Shown here in pieces: positions 8,705 through 16,431 of a stretch of DNA of 32,000 nucleotides. Within the stretch, counting starts at the first letter, position 1. Every line of letters starts with the position of its first letter. Where the stretch lies: NCBI RefSeq assembly GCF_000015145.1, contig NC_008818.1, positions 1,440,001-1,472,000 of the forward strand, given 5' to 3'. The translations under genes and the position numbers were made by a program. Source of the DNA: Hyperthermus butylicus DSM 5456 (GTDB taxonomy: Archaea; Thermoproteota; Thermoprotei_A; Sulfolobales; Pyrodictiaceae). The notes beneath the pieces were generated by a model, which was not told the origin of the DNA, ran no database searches, and worked only from the letters and a program-made list of their open reading frames with translations.

Positions 8705-9103
8705 TTATATCGTGTATTCTTCTACTGCTTTTATGATATCGGGGTCGTTTGTTACTGGTTTTGCTTTACGGTTTATGCACTGAGCTGCTATGAGCGAGTC
8801 GAAGTAGTCTATTCCCTCTTTCTCGGCTAGCTCTACGGCGAGGGCGAAGTCTGCCGGTAGTAGTGGCTCTACGGTTTCCTCGTTTAGGATTGCTGCCAGG
8901 AGCTGCCATGTGTCCCGGCGCTCGCTAGGGGTGAAGCCTCTACTCTTCATCAGTAGGTCTAGCTCTATGAGTGCTGCCTGTGATACTCGGCGGCCCGGGT
9001 TCAAGCTCTCGATGAGCCTTGCAGCCTCCTCGTGGAGGGGATCGTCGGGGTTTAGGTAGGCGACGAGGTATACTGTGTCAATTATCTCTCTGGTCTGCTC
9101 CAC
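8705..9103 (-). CDS. vapC: PIN-domain ribonuclease toxin VapC
   Basis: Acidic PIN residues in IIDTVYL, ALIELDLL, YFDSLIAAQC and VTNDPD. Lies directly downstream of, and overlapping, an AbrB-type antitoxin gene. Confidence 0.85.
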   Translation of the reverse strand: MEQTREIIDTVYLVAYLNPDDPLHEEAARLIESLNPGRRVSQAALIELDLLMKSRGFTPSERRDTWQLLAAILNEETVEPLLPADFALAVELAEKEGIDYFDSLIAAQCINRKAKPVTNDPDIIKAVEEYTI

Positions 9104-9359
9104 GCTTCATCATCTCCTCTAGCAGCCGTGTAGCTTCATGGTTTTCCTCTCTCCAGCCCTTCATCTTCCTGCGGAAGGCCTCTGCTACCCGCTCGTAGAG
9201 CTTGTCTAGCGGCACCAGCTCTATCACGCCGTCGCTCCTAACCCTTACTAGGAGCCGGGAGCCCTCCCGCAGCCCCACCGCGTCCCTTACCTCGCGGGGT
9301 ACCAGTAGCCTTCCACGCGAGTCAAGCCGCACAATCCGTGCCAAGACGCTGCCTCCCAC
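9078..9359 (-). CDS. vapB: AbrB/SpoVT-family antitoxin VapB
   Basis: Swapped-hairpin motif RIVRLDSRGRLLVPREVRDAVGLREGSRLLVRV. I prefer the GVG start GTG at 9359, because an AATAAAA box (9381-9388, minus strand) lies ~26 nt upstream and implies a leaderless mRNA. The longest ORF extends to the ATG at 9446. Confidence 0.8.
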   Translation of the reverse strand: MGGSVLARIVRLDSRGRLLVPREVRDAVGLREGSRLLVRVRSDGVIELVPLDKLYERVAEAFRRKMKGWREENHEATRLLEEMMKRGADQRDN

Positions 9360-9380
9360 TGGTCTAGGTGTAGCCCACAG

Positions 9381-9388
9381 TTTTATTG
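9381..9388 (-). promoter_or_regulatory. candidate TATA box for leaderless vapBC
   Basis: CAATAAAA on the minus strand, centred ~26 nt upstream of the GTG at 9359. Confidence 0.35.
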
Positions 9389-9539
9389 GCTTGTGGGCTC
9401 TCCCTCTACGGGCTGCCCACTGTAGCGTGTTGCTACCCTGCAGCATAGCGTATATGCATAGGCTTATGGGTAGCCTTCAACAGTGTAAGTCCCGGCCCAC
9501 GCTAGGGCTGCCGCAGGCCCTCCCAAAGGGGATGCCTCG

Positions 9540-11096
9540 TTGGCCGGGTCTAGTGGTAGGTGCCTGCTCGCCTTCTTTGGTGGCTCGAGGCAGGAGCTTC
9601 TGGGCCTGTTGTCGCTTGCCGTCAGGGTTTGGGAGACTCTCGGCACAGACCACGTCTATGTTGCTGGCGGCCGTAGTGTTGAAGCCGTCATGAATGCTGC
9701 AGAGGCTCTGCGCAGCTATCTTAGAGCCCAGGATGTTGATGCTTCCGTGGAGTTTGCAGGCGCCATTAGTGGGGACGACCCGGTTAACGCTATACGCAGG
9801 CTTGTAGCTGGATTACGTGGGAAGTGCGGCTTCCTTGTGGTGTCACCATCACCGGCTAGCCGTAGGCTTGCTACCGCTGTTGGGCTTGCTGCAAGGGGGC
9901 TACCTGAGCCGCAGGGTGTGGCAATTGTGCTTCTCGACTTTCTCTGGGGGCCCTGGAGCGGGCTCCCCTACCCCTACGTGCCCCGCGCTGTGGAGCCACT
10001 CCTGGTCCTACCGCCCACGGGCCGTGAGGCTCTCTCCGAGCCACGCAAACCCGCTATGGCGAGGGGCGATCTCGTATCTAGGGGCTGTAAAGACCCGGGG
10101 CTGGGTGGACTGCCACCTCTACGGTGCAGAGTTGCAGAACTCGCGAGAAGGCTCAACGCCGCCACTGTAGGCGCACACGTGTACATAGAGCATGAGAGGG
10201 TATGGATACGGTGCAACTGTCGTGCCGCGATAAAGCTCTCCCTGAACAATACCGTGCACCGGATCAATCTTGGCGACCCGTGTAGCCATGAGGCGTGGTG
10301 TAGCGCAGCAGCGAGGCTCGCCGAGCTTGTCGAGCACGTGCTCCCACAGCTTTACCAAAGCCGCCACGGTGGCCGCCACAGCCTTGAGGGTCTGGCACAA
10401 CAGCTGGCGCTGTTTACGGGGCTCCGCCGCATAGAGCCCTGTAACCCTAGCGGAGAGGAGCTGGGCTCAGCAAGAACAATTGTTGATACTAGCCTCGTCT
10501 ACGCCGGGATACACAACTACGCCTACACTGGCGCCAGGATATTACTACCTTACTGCGCCATAGTGGAGGTTACGAGGAGGTATGCAGAGTCCGCGAAAAG
10601 GACCGTGGAGCCCCTGGAGGGTCTCACCGACCTCCTGGCCTACACGGCGCTGGAGGAGCTAGAGTATGCAGGCGCCTCGGTAGCCCCGTCCCCGGCGACA
10701 GATTGCGACATAGCTATACCAGACATAGACCCTCTCATCCTCAACGGCACAGTACTAGCCACGAGGGATACGGGTGCTGCGAGCTTCTGGCAACGCCACC
10801 CAGCATCAAGGATAGCAGCAGGCATAGCCCTGGTACACGATGCCGAGCAGGGCTGCAGAAGCCCACCACGTGGCATGGAGCACTATGCTGCGCGGAGAAC
10901 CGGAGAGAACTGCCAGGGGAGCCGGCTAGGGGCTTCGTGGGCCTCCTACGCTGTGCTCCAGGCCTTGGTGGCGCTCAAAACACTTGAGAGGATAGATGCA
11001 GAGAGAATGGGTAGGGGGAGGCTCAGCGTGGAGATGGTAGTGGACTGCGGCGATGGCGCTGTGGGGGTGCAGGTGCCGGCCCTGCCGGTGGGCTAG
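9540..11096 (+). CDS. 518-aa multidomain protein: tentative Csa3/CARF-like Rossmann N-domain, Cys-cluster middle region, C-terminal PIN-domain nuclease
   Basis: aa 7-135 show a beta/alpha alternation (CLLAFFGGSRQELLGLL; HVYVAGGRS..AAEALRSYLRAQ; GFLVVSPSPASRRLATAVGLAA). aa 196-254 carry C..CxC..Cx5C. aa 312-420 carry the PIN quartet: IVDTS (D316), VEV (E343), TDCDIA (D388/390), ATRDTG (D410). TTG start with GGGGAT 7 nt upstream. Confidence 0.6.
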   Translation: MAGSSGRCLLAFFGGSRQELLGLLSLAVRVWETLGTDHVYVAGGRSVEAVMNAAEALRSYLRAQDVDASVEFAGAISGDDPVNAIRRLVAGLRGKCGFLVVSPSPASRRLATAVGLAARGLPEPQGVAIVLLDFLWGPWSGLPYPYVPRAVEPLLVLPPTGREALSEPRKPAMARGDLVSRGCKDPGLGGLPPLRCRVAELARRLNAATVGAHVYIEHERVWIRCNCRAAIKLSLNNTVHRINLGDPCSHEAWCSAAARLAELVEHVLPQLYQSRHGGRHSLEGLAQQLALFTGLRRIEPCNPSGEELGSARTIVDTSLVYAGIHNYAYTGARILLPYCAIVEVTRRYAESAKRTVEPLEGLTDLLAYTALEELEYAGASVAPSPATDCDIAIPDIDPLILNGTVLATRDTGAASFWQRHPASRIAAGIALVHDAEQGCRSPPRGMEHYAARRTGENCQGSRLGASWASYAVLQALVALKTLERIDAERMGRGRLSVEMVVDCGDGAVGVQVPALPVG

Positions 11097-12991
11097 CGAC
11101 GGTCAAACTTGAAGGGTGATATGTAGTCGCCCCAGCGGCTCTGAGCCTCCTTAAGCCTCTCCTTCTGCTTCCTCAACACGTCGAAGAGCACCTTGGGCGT
11201 ATCGGGTATCTGCTCGTACACCTTCCACACCCTCTCTATCTTTGCTAGGTGCTGGGGCACTCTCAGCATGAACTCCTTCTCGTACCGGGACTCTGGATAA
11301 TCTTTCCCAAGGTGCTCCTCGAATAGCTTCACCAGATCCTGGTAGACCGGTATCAGCCCGGTGGGAGTTCGTACGGCATCTACGTCGCCGTGGACGCGTA
11401 GCTCCATCCACTTCAGCCAAACCCTCTTATCAACCTTCTCAGCTATGTAGCGGCCCTGCTCGTCCCGGAGGAAGTAGTTGACGCTGAATATCCTGGGCAG
11501 CTTCTCGACCTTTTCTGCAAAGTCTAGGTGCAGCTGGATAAACTTGCCTATGGAGATTGGTAGGAAGTCCAGGATGGCGAATGGGTTTAGCTCCCGAACA
11601 CCCGCCTTCTCGAGTATCGCAGCAGTCTTCTCAGACTCCAACGCCGCGGCCTTCGTTATAATGCCGTGTACCCAGTCAAAAGCCTCCTCCACCGGGACCC
11701 AGGTGTCAGGATCCCTGCCGCCAAAGATCATCGCGCTAATGGGTACGCCCATCGGGTCGTCGACCCGAGGGTCTAGGTTGGGTAGGCTGCGGAGCGATAT
11801 GGTGAACCTTGCATTGGGGTGTGACGGCGGTACCTCCCTGCCGTTTTCGTCCTTCTTGCCGGGCCACCAGCGGCCAGCATAGTTTAGGCCGGGCCGGGGC
11901 TCGCCCTCCTTGCCGTTCCACCAGACCTCGCCATCATCGGTGAGCAAGACATTTGAGAATATTATCTCGTTGCTTGGGTCTGTTAGGAGCTTGTAGAGTA
12001 CCGGGTCGTCCCGGGGGTTGACACCGTCAATTATGCCGAACATACCCATCTCTGGATTTACGCCGTGGGGTACGCCGTTGACGGGCTTTATGATTGCTAG
12101 GTCGTCGCCTACAATGGTGTCGGAGATGAAAGCCGTTGAGGTCTTGCCACAGCCTGCTGGGAATGCGCCTGTGAAGTATGTAAGCCTCCCGCCAGGGCCA
12201 CGGACACCGACTATGAACATGTGTTCGCAGAGCCAGCCCTCCAGGTAGCCCTTGTATATACAGAGGCGGAACATTAGCTTCTTGAGGCCTATAGTGTTAC
12301 CCCCGTACTGGGTGTTAACACTGTAGACAGTGTAGTCGTGGAGGTCTACGTATATCCTCCTTTTATCGATGTTCTTGCTCCAGCCATTCTCGCCCCGCTC
12401 CCCCGCAGAGTGTATGAACCGGGCATAGAACAGGTTGGGAGCCTTCTCCACGAACTCGTCGTAGCAGAGACGGTAGAGTATGTTCTCGTTGTGAGCCACG
12501 TAGGCCGAGTCGGTGATCTGTACAGCGTGGAGGGTAAACGGCGACCTCTTAGGCCCGAAACAGTAGAAGCCTATGAACATCTCGCGACCGCGCATAATGC
12601 CGCGTAGCAGCTCCCTGATCTCAGCCAGTCCCTTGTCCCGGTCGTAGGTGTTTATGAAGGGTATCTTCTCCCCGCCTGGCAGCAGGATGCGGGTATTCTT
12701 ACGATCCCTCGCAATATCCCGAGGCCCGTCAAAGTGCACCGTATGCCTGGGATAGCGGGTCGGGAGTTCCTCACGGTTACGCAGCGCAGCCTTCCTCACA
12801 TACTCAAAGTCTTCCTCACTCGTGATAAGGTAAACCATGGCTGGTTCGGTAACCCTTATGACATCCGCTATCCAGCGGTGCAGCTCCGGGTCACGGATAC
12901 GCAGAAGCTTCTCCAGCATATCCCGGCTCATCCGCGCCTCAAGGACAGCCATATAGTCGTACTCTTCGTCAAGAAGTCGGGTCCTAGGCAC
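11093..12991 (-). CDS. pckG: phosphoenolpyruvate carboxykinase (GTP)
   Basis: 632 aa with the kinase-1a P-loop FPAGCGKTS and archaeal GTP-PEPCK-like sequence throughout (YFLRDEQGRY, RFTISL). Confidence 0.95.
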   Translation of the reverse strand: MPRTRLLDEEYDYMAVLEARMSRDMLEKLLRIRDPELHRWIADVIRVTEPAMVYLITSEEDFEYVRKAALRNREELPTRYPRHTVHFDGPRDIARDRKNTRILLPGGEKIPFINTYDRDKGLAEIRELLRGIMRGREMFIGFYCFGPKRSPFTLHAVQITDSAYVAHNENILYRLCYDEFVEKAPNLFYARFIHSAGERGENGWSKNIDKRRIYVDLHDYTVYSVNTQYGGNTIGLKKLMFRLCIYKGYLEGWLCEHMFIVGVRGPGGRLTYFTGAFPAGCGKTSTAFISDTIVGDDLAIIKPVNGVPHGVNPEMGMFGIIDGVNPRDDPVLYKLLTDPSNEIIFSNVLLTDDGEVWWNGKEGEPRPGLNYAGRWWPGKKDENGREVPPSHPNARFTISLRSLPNLDPRVDDPMGVPISAMIFGGRDPDTWVPVEEAFDWVHGIITKAAALESEKTAAILEKAGVRELNPFAILDFLPISIGKFIQLHLDFAEKVEKLPRIFSVNYFLRDEQGRYIAEKVDKRVWLKWMELRVHGDVDAVRTPTGLIPVYQDLVKLFEEHLGKDYPESRYEKEFMLRVPQHLAKIERVWKVYEQIPDTPKVLFDVLRKQKERLKEAQSRWGDYISPFKFDRR

Positions 12992-13028
12992 GGCTCAAAC
13001 CCGCGCAAAGAAGGTACAATTGTGGGGC

Positions 13029-13040
13029 ATTAATAAAAAT
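13029..13040 (-). promoter_or_regulatory. candidate TATA box for pckG
   Basis: ATTTTTATTAAT on the minus strand, centred ~44 nt upstream of the ATG at 12991. Confidence 0.4.
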
Positions 13041-13240
13041 CCGTACACCACAGCAAAAACGGTGGCAAAACTCAAGACGTACTAGCAGGTCTCCCTAGAA
13101 TTGTACTGATAGCTCCTAGAGCTTAAGCTGGCACTGCTGACTAGTAGTGCTGTCGTGTCACGCAGCAGCTCTCTTATTATTGAGCCTAGTGTCTGGCCAA
13201 AGTCTGGCTGTAGAGCGGTCTGACGGAGAGTGGTTTAGCC

Positions 13241-13813
13241 TTGGCCTACACGTTGAACGATCTCTCATGGCTGTTTAGGAAGCTGCAGGAGCATGGCATA
13301 AAGGGCGTTGTCATTGGAAGCACGGTAATTGAGCTGGCGCTAAGGCGGAAGTCTTTCGAGGATGACGTGGACGTATTTGCGTTGGAACCTAGCCCCCTCA
13401 TAGAGGAGGACTTCTACCGCTCGGTAGCCGAGCGGGAGGACTGGCAGGTCAGCTACACAGCGCTCGGCACCCCAAAGTTCATAGTAAAGCTGCCCTCCGG
13501 GGAGGAGGTCATAGTGGAGTTCTACGAAAACATCCACGACTTCTACGTGCCACCCGAGATACTGGAGCAGGCCCCGAAGAAGAGTATTGGCGGTGTGGAG
13601 ATCCGGGTGATAAGGCCTGAGGACTATATAGTCCTCAAGGCTAAGGCCGCCAGAGAGCCCGACATCGAGGATCTAAGGATAATCAGGGAGTACATAGACG
13701 AGGGTAAGCTCAAGATAGACGAGAGGATAGTCAAGAGGGACATAGAGCTGCTACCCGAGGAGGAGCAAGGCTTCGTCGTAAACAAGCTCCGTGAACTAGG
13801 CTTCCGCGTCTAG
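13241..13813 (+). CDS. minimal nucleotidyltransferase-fold protein (MNT/DUF2204-like), solitary
   Basis: hG[GS]-x(n)-D-h-D pattern: VVIGSTVIELALRRKSFEDDVDVFA. A later segment, IRVIRPEDYIVLKAKAAREPDIEDL, is typical of archaeal NTase families. TTG start. Confidence 0.7.
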   Translation: MAYTLNDLSWLFRKLQEHGIKGVVIGSTVIELALRRKSFEDDVDVFALEPSPLIEEDFYRSVAEREDWQVSYTALGTPKFIVKLPSGEEVIVEFYENIHDFYVPPEILEQAPKKSIGGVEIRVIRPEDYIVLKAKAAREPDIEDLRIIREYIDEGKLKIDERIVKRDIELLPEEEQGFVVNKLRELGFRV

Positions 13814-14185
13814 GCCGCACAGAAAGCATCCCCTAGCTCCCAGAGTTTTAACCCAGGCAAGCCAGGCCTTGCCAGCGATTACTAGGGCTAGGCTTGCCTC
13901 GAAGCGTGTTATAGCTTGTAGAAGATATTGCAGGATTAGCACTGTGCCATTCTTGCCCACTTCCAGGAATCGCGTCTTGAAGCCCTCGGTGAGACCGACC
14001 TACGGGAAGATCGGGAGGCCGGATAACTGCTGAGACTAGGCCTGGTGCATGGGACTGCTTGGTGAGTATTGTGTTGAGGGTTTCCCCGCGTTAGGCACGT
14101 ACTGCTAGACTGGGTTTACCGTAGTAAAGCCCGGGGCTTGTCTCGATTTCTGCTAGCCGTCTTGCTGCCTAGCGGGAGCTAGTTG

Positions 14186-14194
14186 CTAATATTT
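14186..14194 (+). promoter_or_regulatory. candidate TATA box for the PGI/PMI gene
   Basis: CTAATATTT, centred ~44 nt upstream of the TTG at 14234. Confidence 0.35.
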
Positions 14195-14233
14195 CCTGGC
14201 TAGCTGGGTGCCCTGTGTACCTGGTGTGCTAGC

Positions 14234-15262
14234 TTGCCGGGTAGGCTTTACAGATTCTACCTGGATGAGTGGGCTGGCGCAGCACGCTCTGCTTATGCTG
14301 CTGGGGTTTCGCTAGGGCTTTCGCCAGGCTATGCCTGCGTGGACACTGTTGTTGTCTGTGGTATGGGTGGCAGTGGGGCTGCCGGAGACTATCTTGCCCA
14401 ATTGTCAGCCCACTATGGCGGTGTACCCATATACGTTGTGAAGGCTGCATCTGTCCCGGGCTGGGTCGGAAGCAAGAGCCTCGTCTACGCTGTGAGCTTC
14501 TCTGGCAATACGAGGGAGACGCTCGAGTGCGCAGTGAAGGCCTACCGGCAGGGGGCTAAGCTTGTCGCTGTTACGCGTGGCGGCCTACTGGGGAGCTGGG
14601 CAAAGAGACACGGCGTGCCAGTGGCGTTTATCGGGGAAGCGCCCGCGCCGAGGGCTGGCTGGCCAAACCTATTCTACACGATGCTGGGAAGCCTTGAGTC
14701 CCTGGGACTGCTTAGGCTGCCGCGTAGCGAGGTCGAAGAGTCCATAGAGCTGCTGGGCTTGAGGGAGGATGCGGAGACTGAGGCCGGGAGGCTTGTAGAC
14801 TGGCTCGGCACCGTTGCCGGGGGCTGGCTCTCCATAGTCGCAGCTGAACCATACTACCCGGCTGCTGTGAGGTTTAGGAGCGAGCTGGCGGAGAACGCAA
14901 AGCTGGCTAGCGATGCTAGCCAGGTGCCGGAGGCAGGACATAACATCATCGTGGGCATGGCCGGGAGGAGGGATACCGCACTGCTCATACTGGACCCGGT
15001 AGAGGAGCCCTGGACCACGATACTGAAGGGCTTCGCTGAGGCCGTAGGACCGGCCTCGAGCTACACGCTAAGACTACGCGGTAAGGGCATGCTGCCAAAG
15101 CTTGTCTGGGCCACGTGGATAGCGGGGCTATCCTCAACACTCTACGCGGAGAGGCATGGCCTGGATCCGGAGGCGATACCGGCAATAAAGGCGTTTAGGA
15201 GGCTTGTGGAGGAGAAGACTAGCTGGGGCCAGCAGGCCATTAGGGAGTCCGAGAAGAGCTAA
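14234..15262 (+). CDS. bifunctional phosphoglucose/phosphomannose isomerase (crenarchaeal PGI/PMI, SIS domain)
   Basis: VVVCGMGGSGAAGDYL and SFSGNTRETL SIS motifs. Size (~340 aa) and layout match the PGI/PMI family described in Aeropyrum and Pyrobaculum. Confidence 0.85.
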   Translation: MPGRLYRFYLDEWAGAARSAYAAGVSLGLSPGYACVDTVVVCGMGGSGAAGDYLAQLSAHYGGVPIYVVKAASVPGWVGSKSLVYAVSFSGNTRETLECAVKAYRQGAKLVAVTRGGLLGSWAKRHGVPVAFIGEAPAPRAGWPNLFYTMLGSLESLGLLRLPRSEVEESIELLGLREDAETEAGRLVDWLGTVAGGWLSIVAAEPYYPAAVRFRSELAENAKLASDASQVPEAGHNIIVGMAGRRDTALLILDPVEEPWTTILKGFAEAVGPASSYTLRLRGKGMLPKLVWATWIAGLSSTLYAERHGLDPEAIPAIKAFRRLVEEKTSWGQQAIRESEKS

Positions 15263-15322
15263 GCAATGGGGTATTGAAGGTGGATATACTTATTATGGGA
15301 GGCACTGGCACAGCCCCACTGC

Positions 15323-15592
15323 ATGGAGGGGTTAGGGATAATGCCCAGCGAGTACCTAGCCCAGCTACGCGACCTCATTAAGCCAAAGCTCCAGGAGAAG
15401 GGCCTAAAGGCCCTCCTAGTGGGCTCGACGCTGAAAATAGTAAAGGACGGCGAGACCGTGATGAACATATCTGATAAGGGTGAAATAGTCGAGCTAACCT
15501 TCAAGGGGAAGAAGTACACCTATGACAAGTGGTACACCAAGCCTGAGCACCTAGCAGCCACGATTAAGACCACGTTAGAACATCAGCTCTAA
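15323..15592 (+). CDS. hypothetical small protein (89 aa)
   Basis: Balanced, protein-like composition. An A/T box ATATACTTATTAT (15285-15297) lies ~30 nt upstream. No family recognised. Confidence 0.5.
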   Translation: MEGLGIMPSEYLAQLRDLIKPKLQEKGLKALLVGSTLKIVKDGETVMNISDKGEIVELTFKGKKYTYDKWYTKPEHLAATIKTTLEHQL

Positions 15593-15636
15593 CCGAACCA
15601 GGCACATCGTTGTCATCCACAGTTCTTAAGCAAATG

Positions 15637-15641
15637 TTTTT
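15637..15641 (+). terminator. oligo-T tract, candidate archaeal terminator
   Basis: TTTTT lies 45 nt after the stop at 15592. Confidence 0.25.
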
Positions 15642-16025
15642 AAAGTCCAATTGAGCCAGCTCCTTCTCCATACACAACTCCGTAACCGCCAATATCACCG
15701 TCCCTCATTAGCGTAAATAGGCTCAAACAGTCACCTACCACATTACGCAAATCATGCTACACTATGCAACAGCGAACGGCTGTTTGATGCAGGACCCCAA
15801 GATATCACAACAATCAGTTAAGTACTACGCTATTGTTTGTAGGCAAGGTAATACTACAGTCATAGCGGTTCTTCACAGAGTCTCTCGTTGTGCTCCTCGC
15901 GGTTGGTGGAGTCAGACACTTAAGCATCCAATCTTACGAGGACGAGGCTCCACGAGTGTACACGCCATGCAGGAGCTGGCAGTGGAACACTATGACTACT
16001 CGCGAATGAAGAGCCAGTCTTCAAC

Positions 16026-16397
16026 GTGCCAAGGCTCGGCAAGAACCACCTGCGAGCAGGACAGGACCACGAGCTGATAATGATAAGGCCTGACGGCCGC
16101 CGTGTCTACCTCTGGCATCCATGGGAGAAGAACATACAGCTAGTAGACCCCTACATCTACACAGACATGATATCCATAAAGATGTACCTCGACAAGCTCC
16201 AAGAGGTGTTCGGCGAAGACCCAGAAGACTACAAGAGCATATGGTACTACTACCAGCCCATAACACACGTACGATCTCAGGCAAAGAGCCAGCAATCAAC
16301 ACCTTTTTACGCATCATCCCAAACCGCTAGCATATCCACAACTCCTACCATTCAAGCCTACACCCATAGAGTGGACAGGAGCATAAGTTCTCGGTAG
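16026..16397 (+). CDS. hypothetical protein, possibly the 3' part of a frameshifted gene
   Basis: Protein-like stretch HELIMIRPDGRRVYLWHPWEKNIQLVDPYIYTDMISIKMYLDKLQEVFGEDPEDY. The frame is open back to 15996 and overlaps the end of the frame-1 ORF 15754-16077. Sits in a low-GC island. Confidence 0.35.
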   Translation: MPRLGKNHLRAGQDHELIMIRPDGRRVYLWHPWEKNIQLVDPYIYTDMISIKMYLDKLQEVFGEDPEDYKSIWYYYQPITHVRSQAKSQQSTPFYASSQTASISTTPTIQAYTHRVDRSISSR

Positions 16398-16431
16398 GTT
16401 AAGTTATAATGCTGCAATGGGTAGTAAAGAC

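Noticed and set aside
9360-9446. ATG at 9446 as the vapB start (122-aa product)
   Set aside because: The extra 29 residues are unlike AbrB antitoxins. The ATG abuts the only upstream A/T element, and a better box sits 26 nt upstream of the GTG at 9359.
13814-13835. ACAGAAAG resembling a conserved RNase P RNA segment
   Set aside because: No GAGGAAAGTCC-type CR-I element or other RNase P conserved regions occur nearby. The match is too short to be meaningful.
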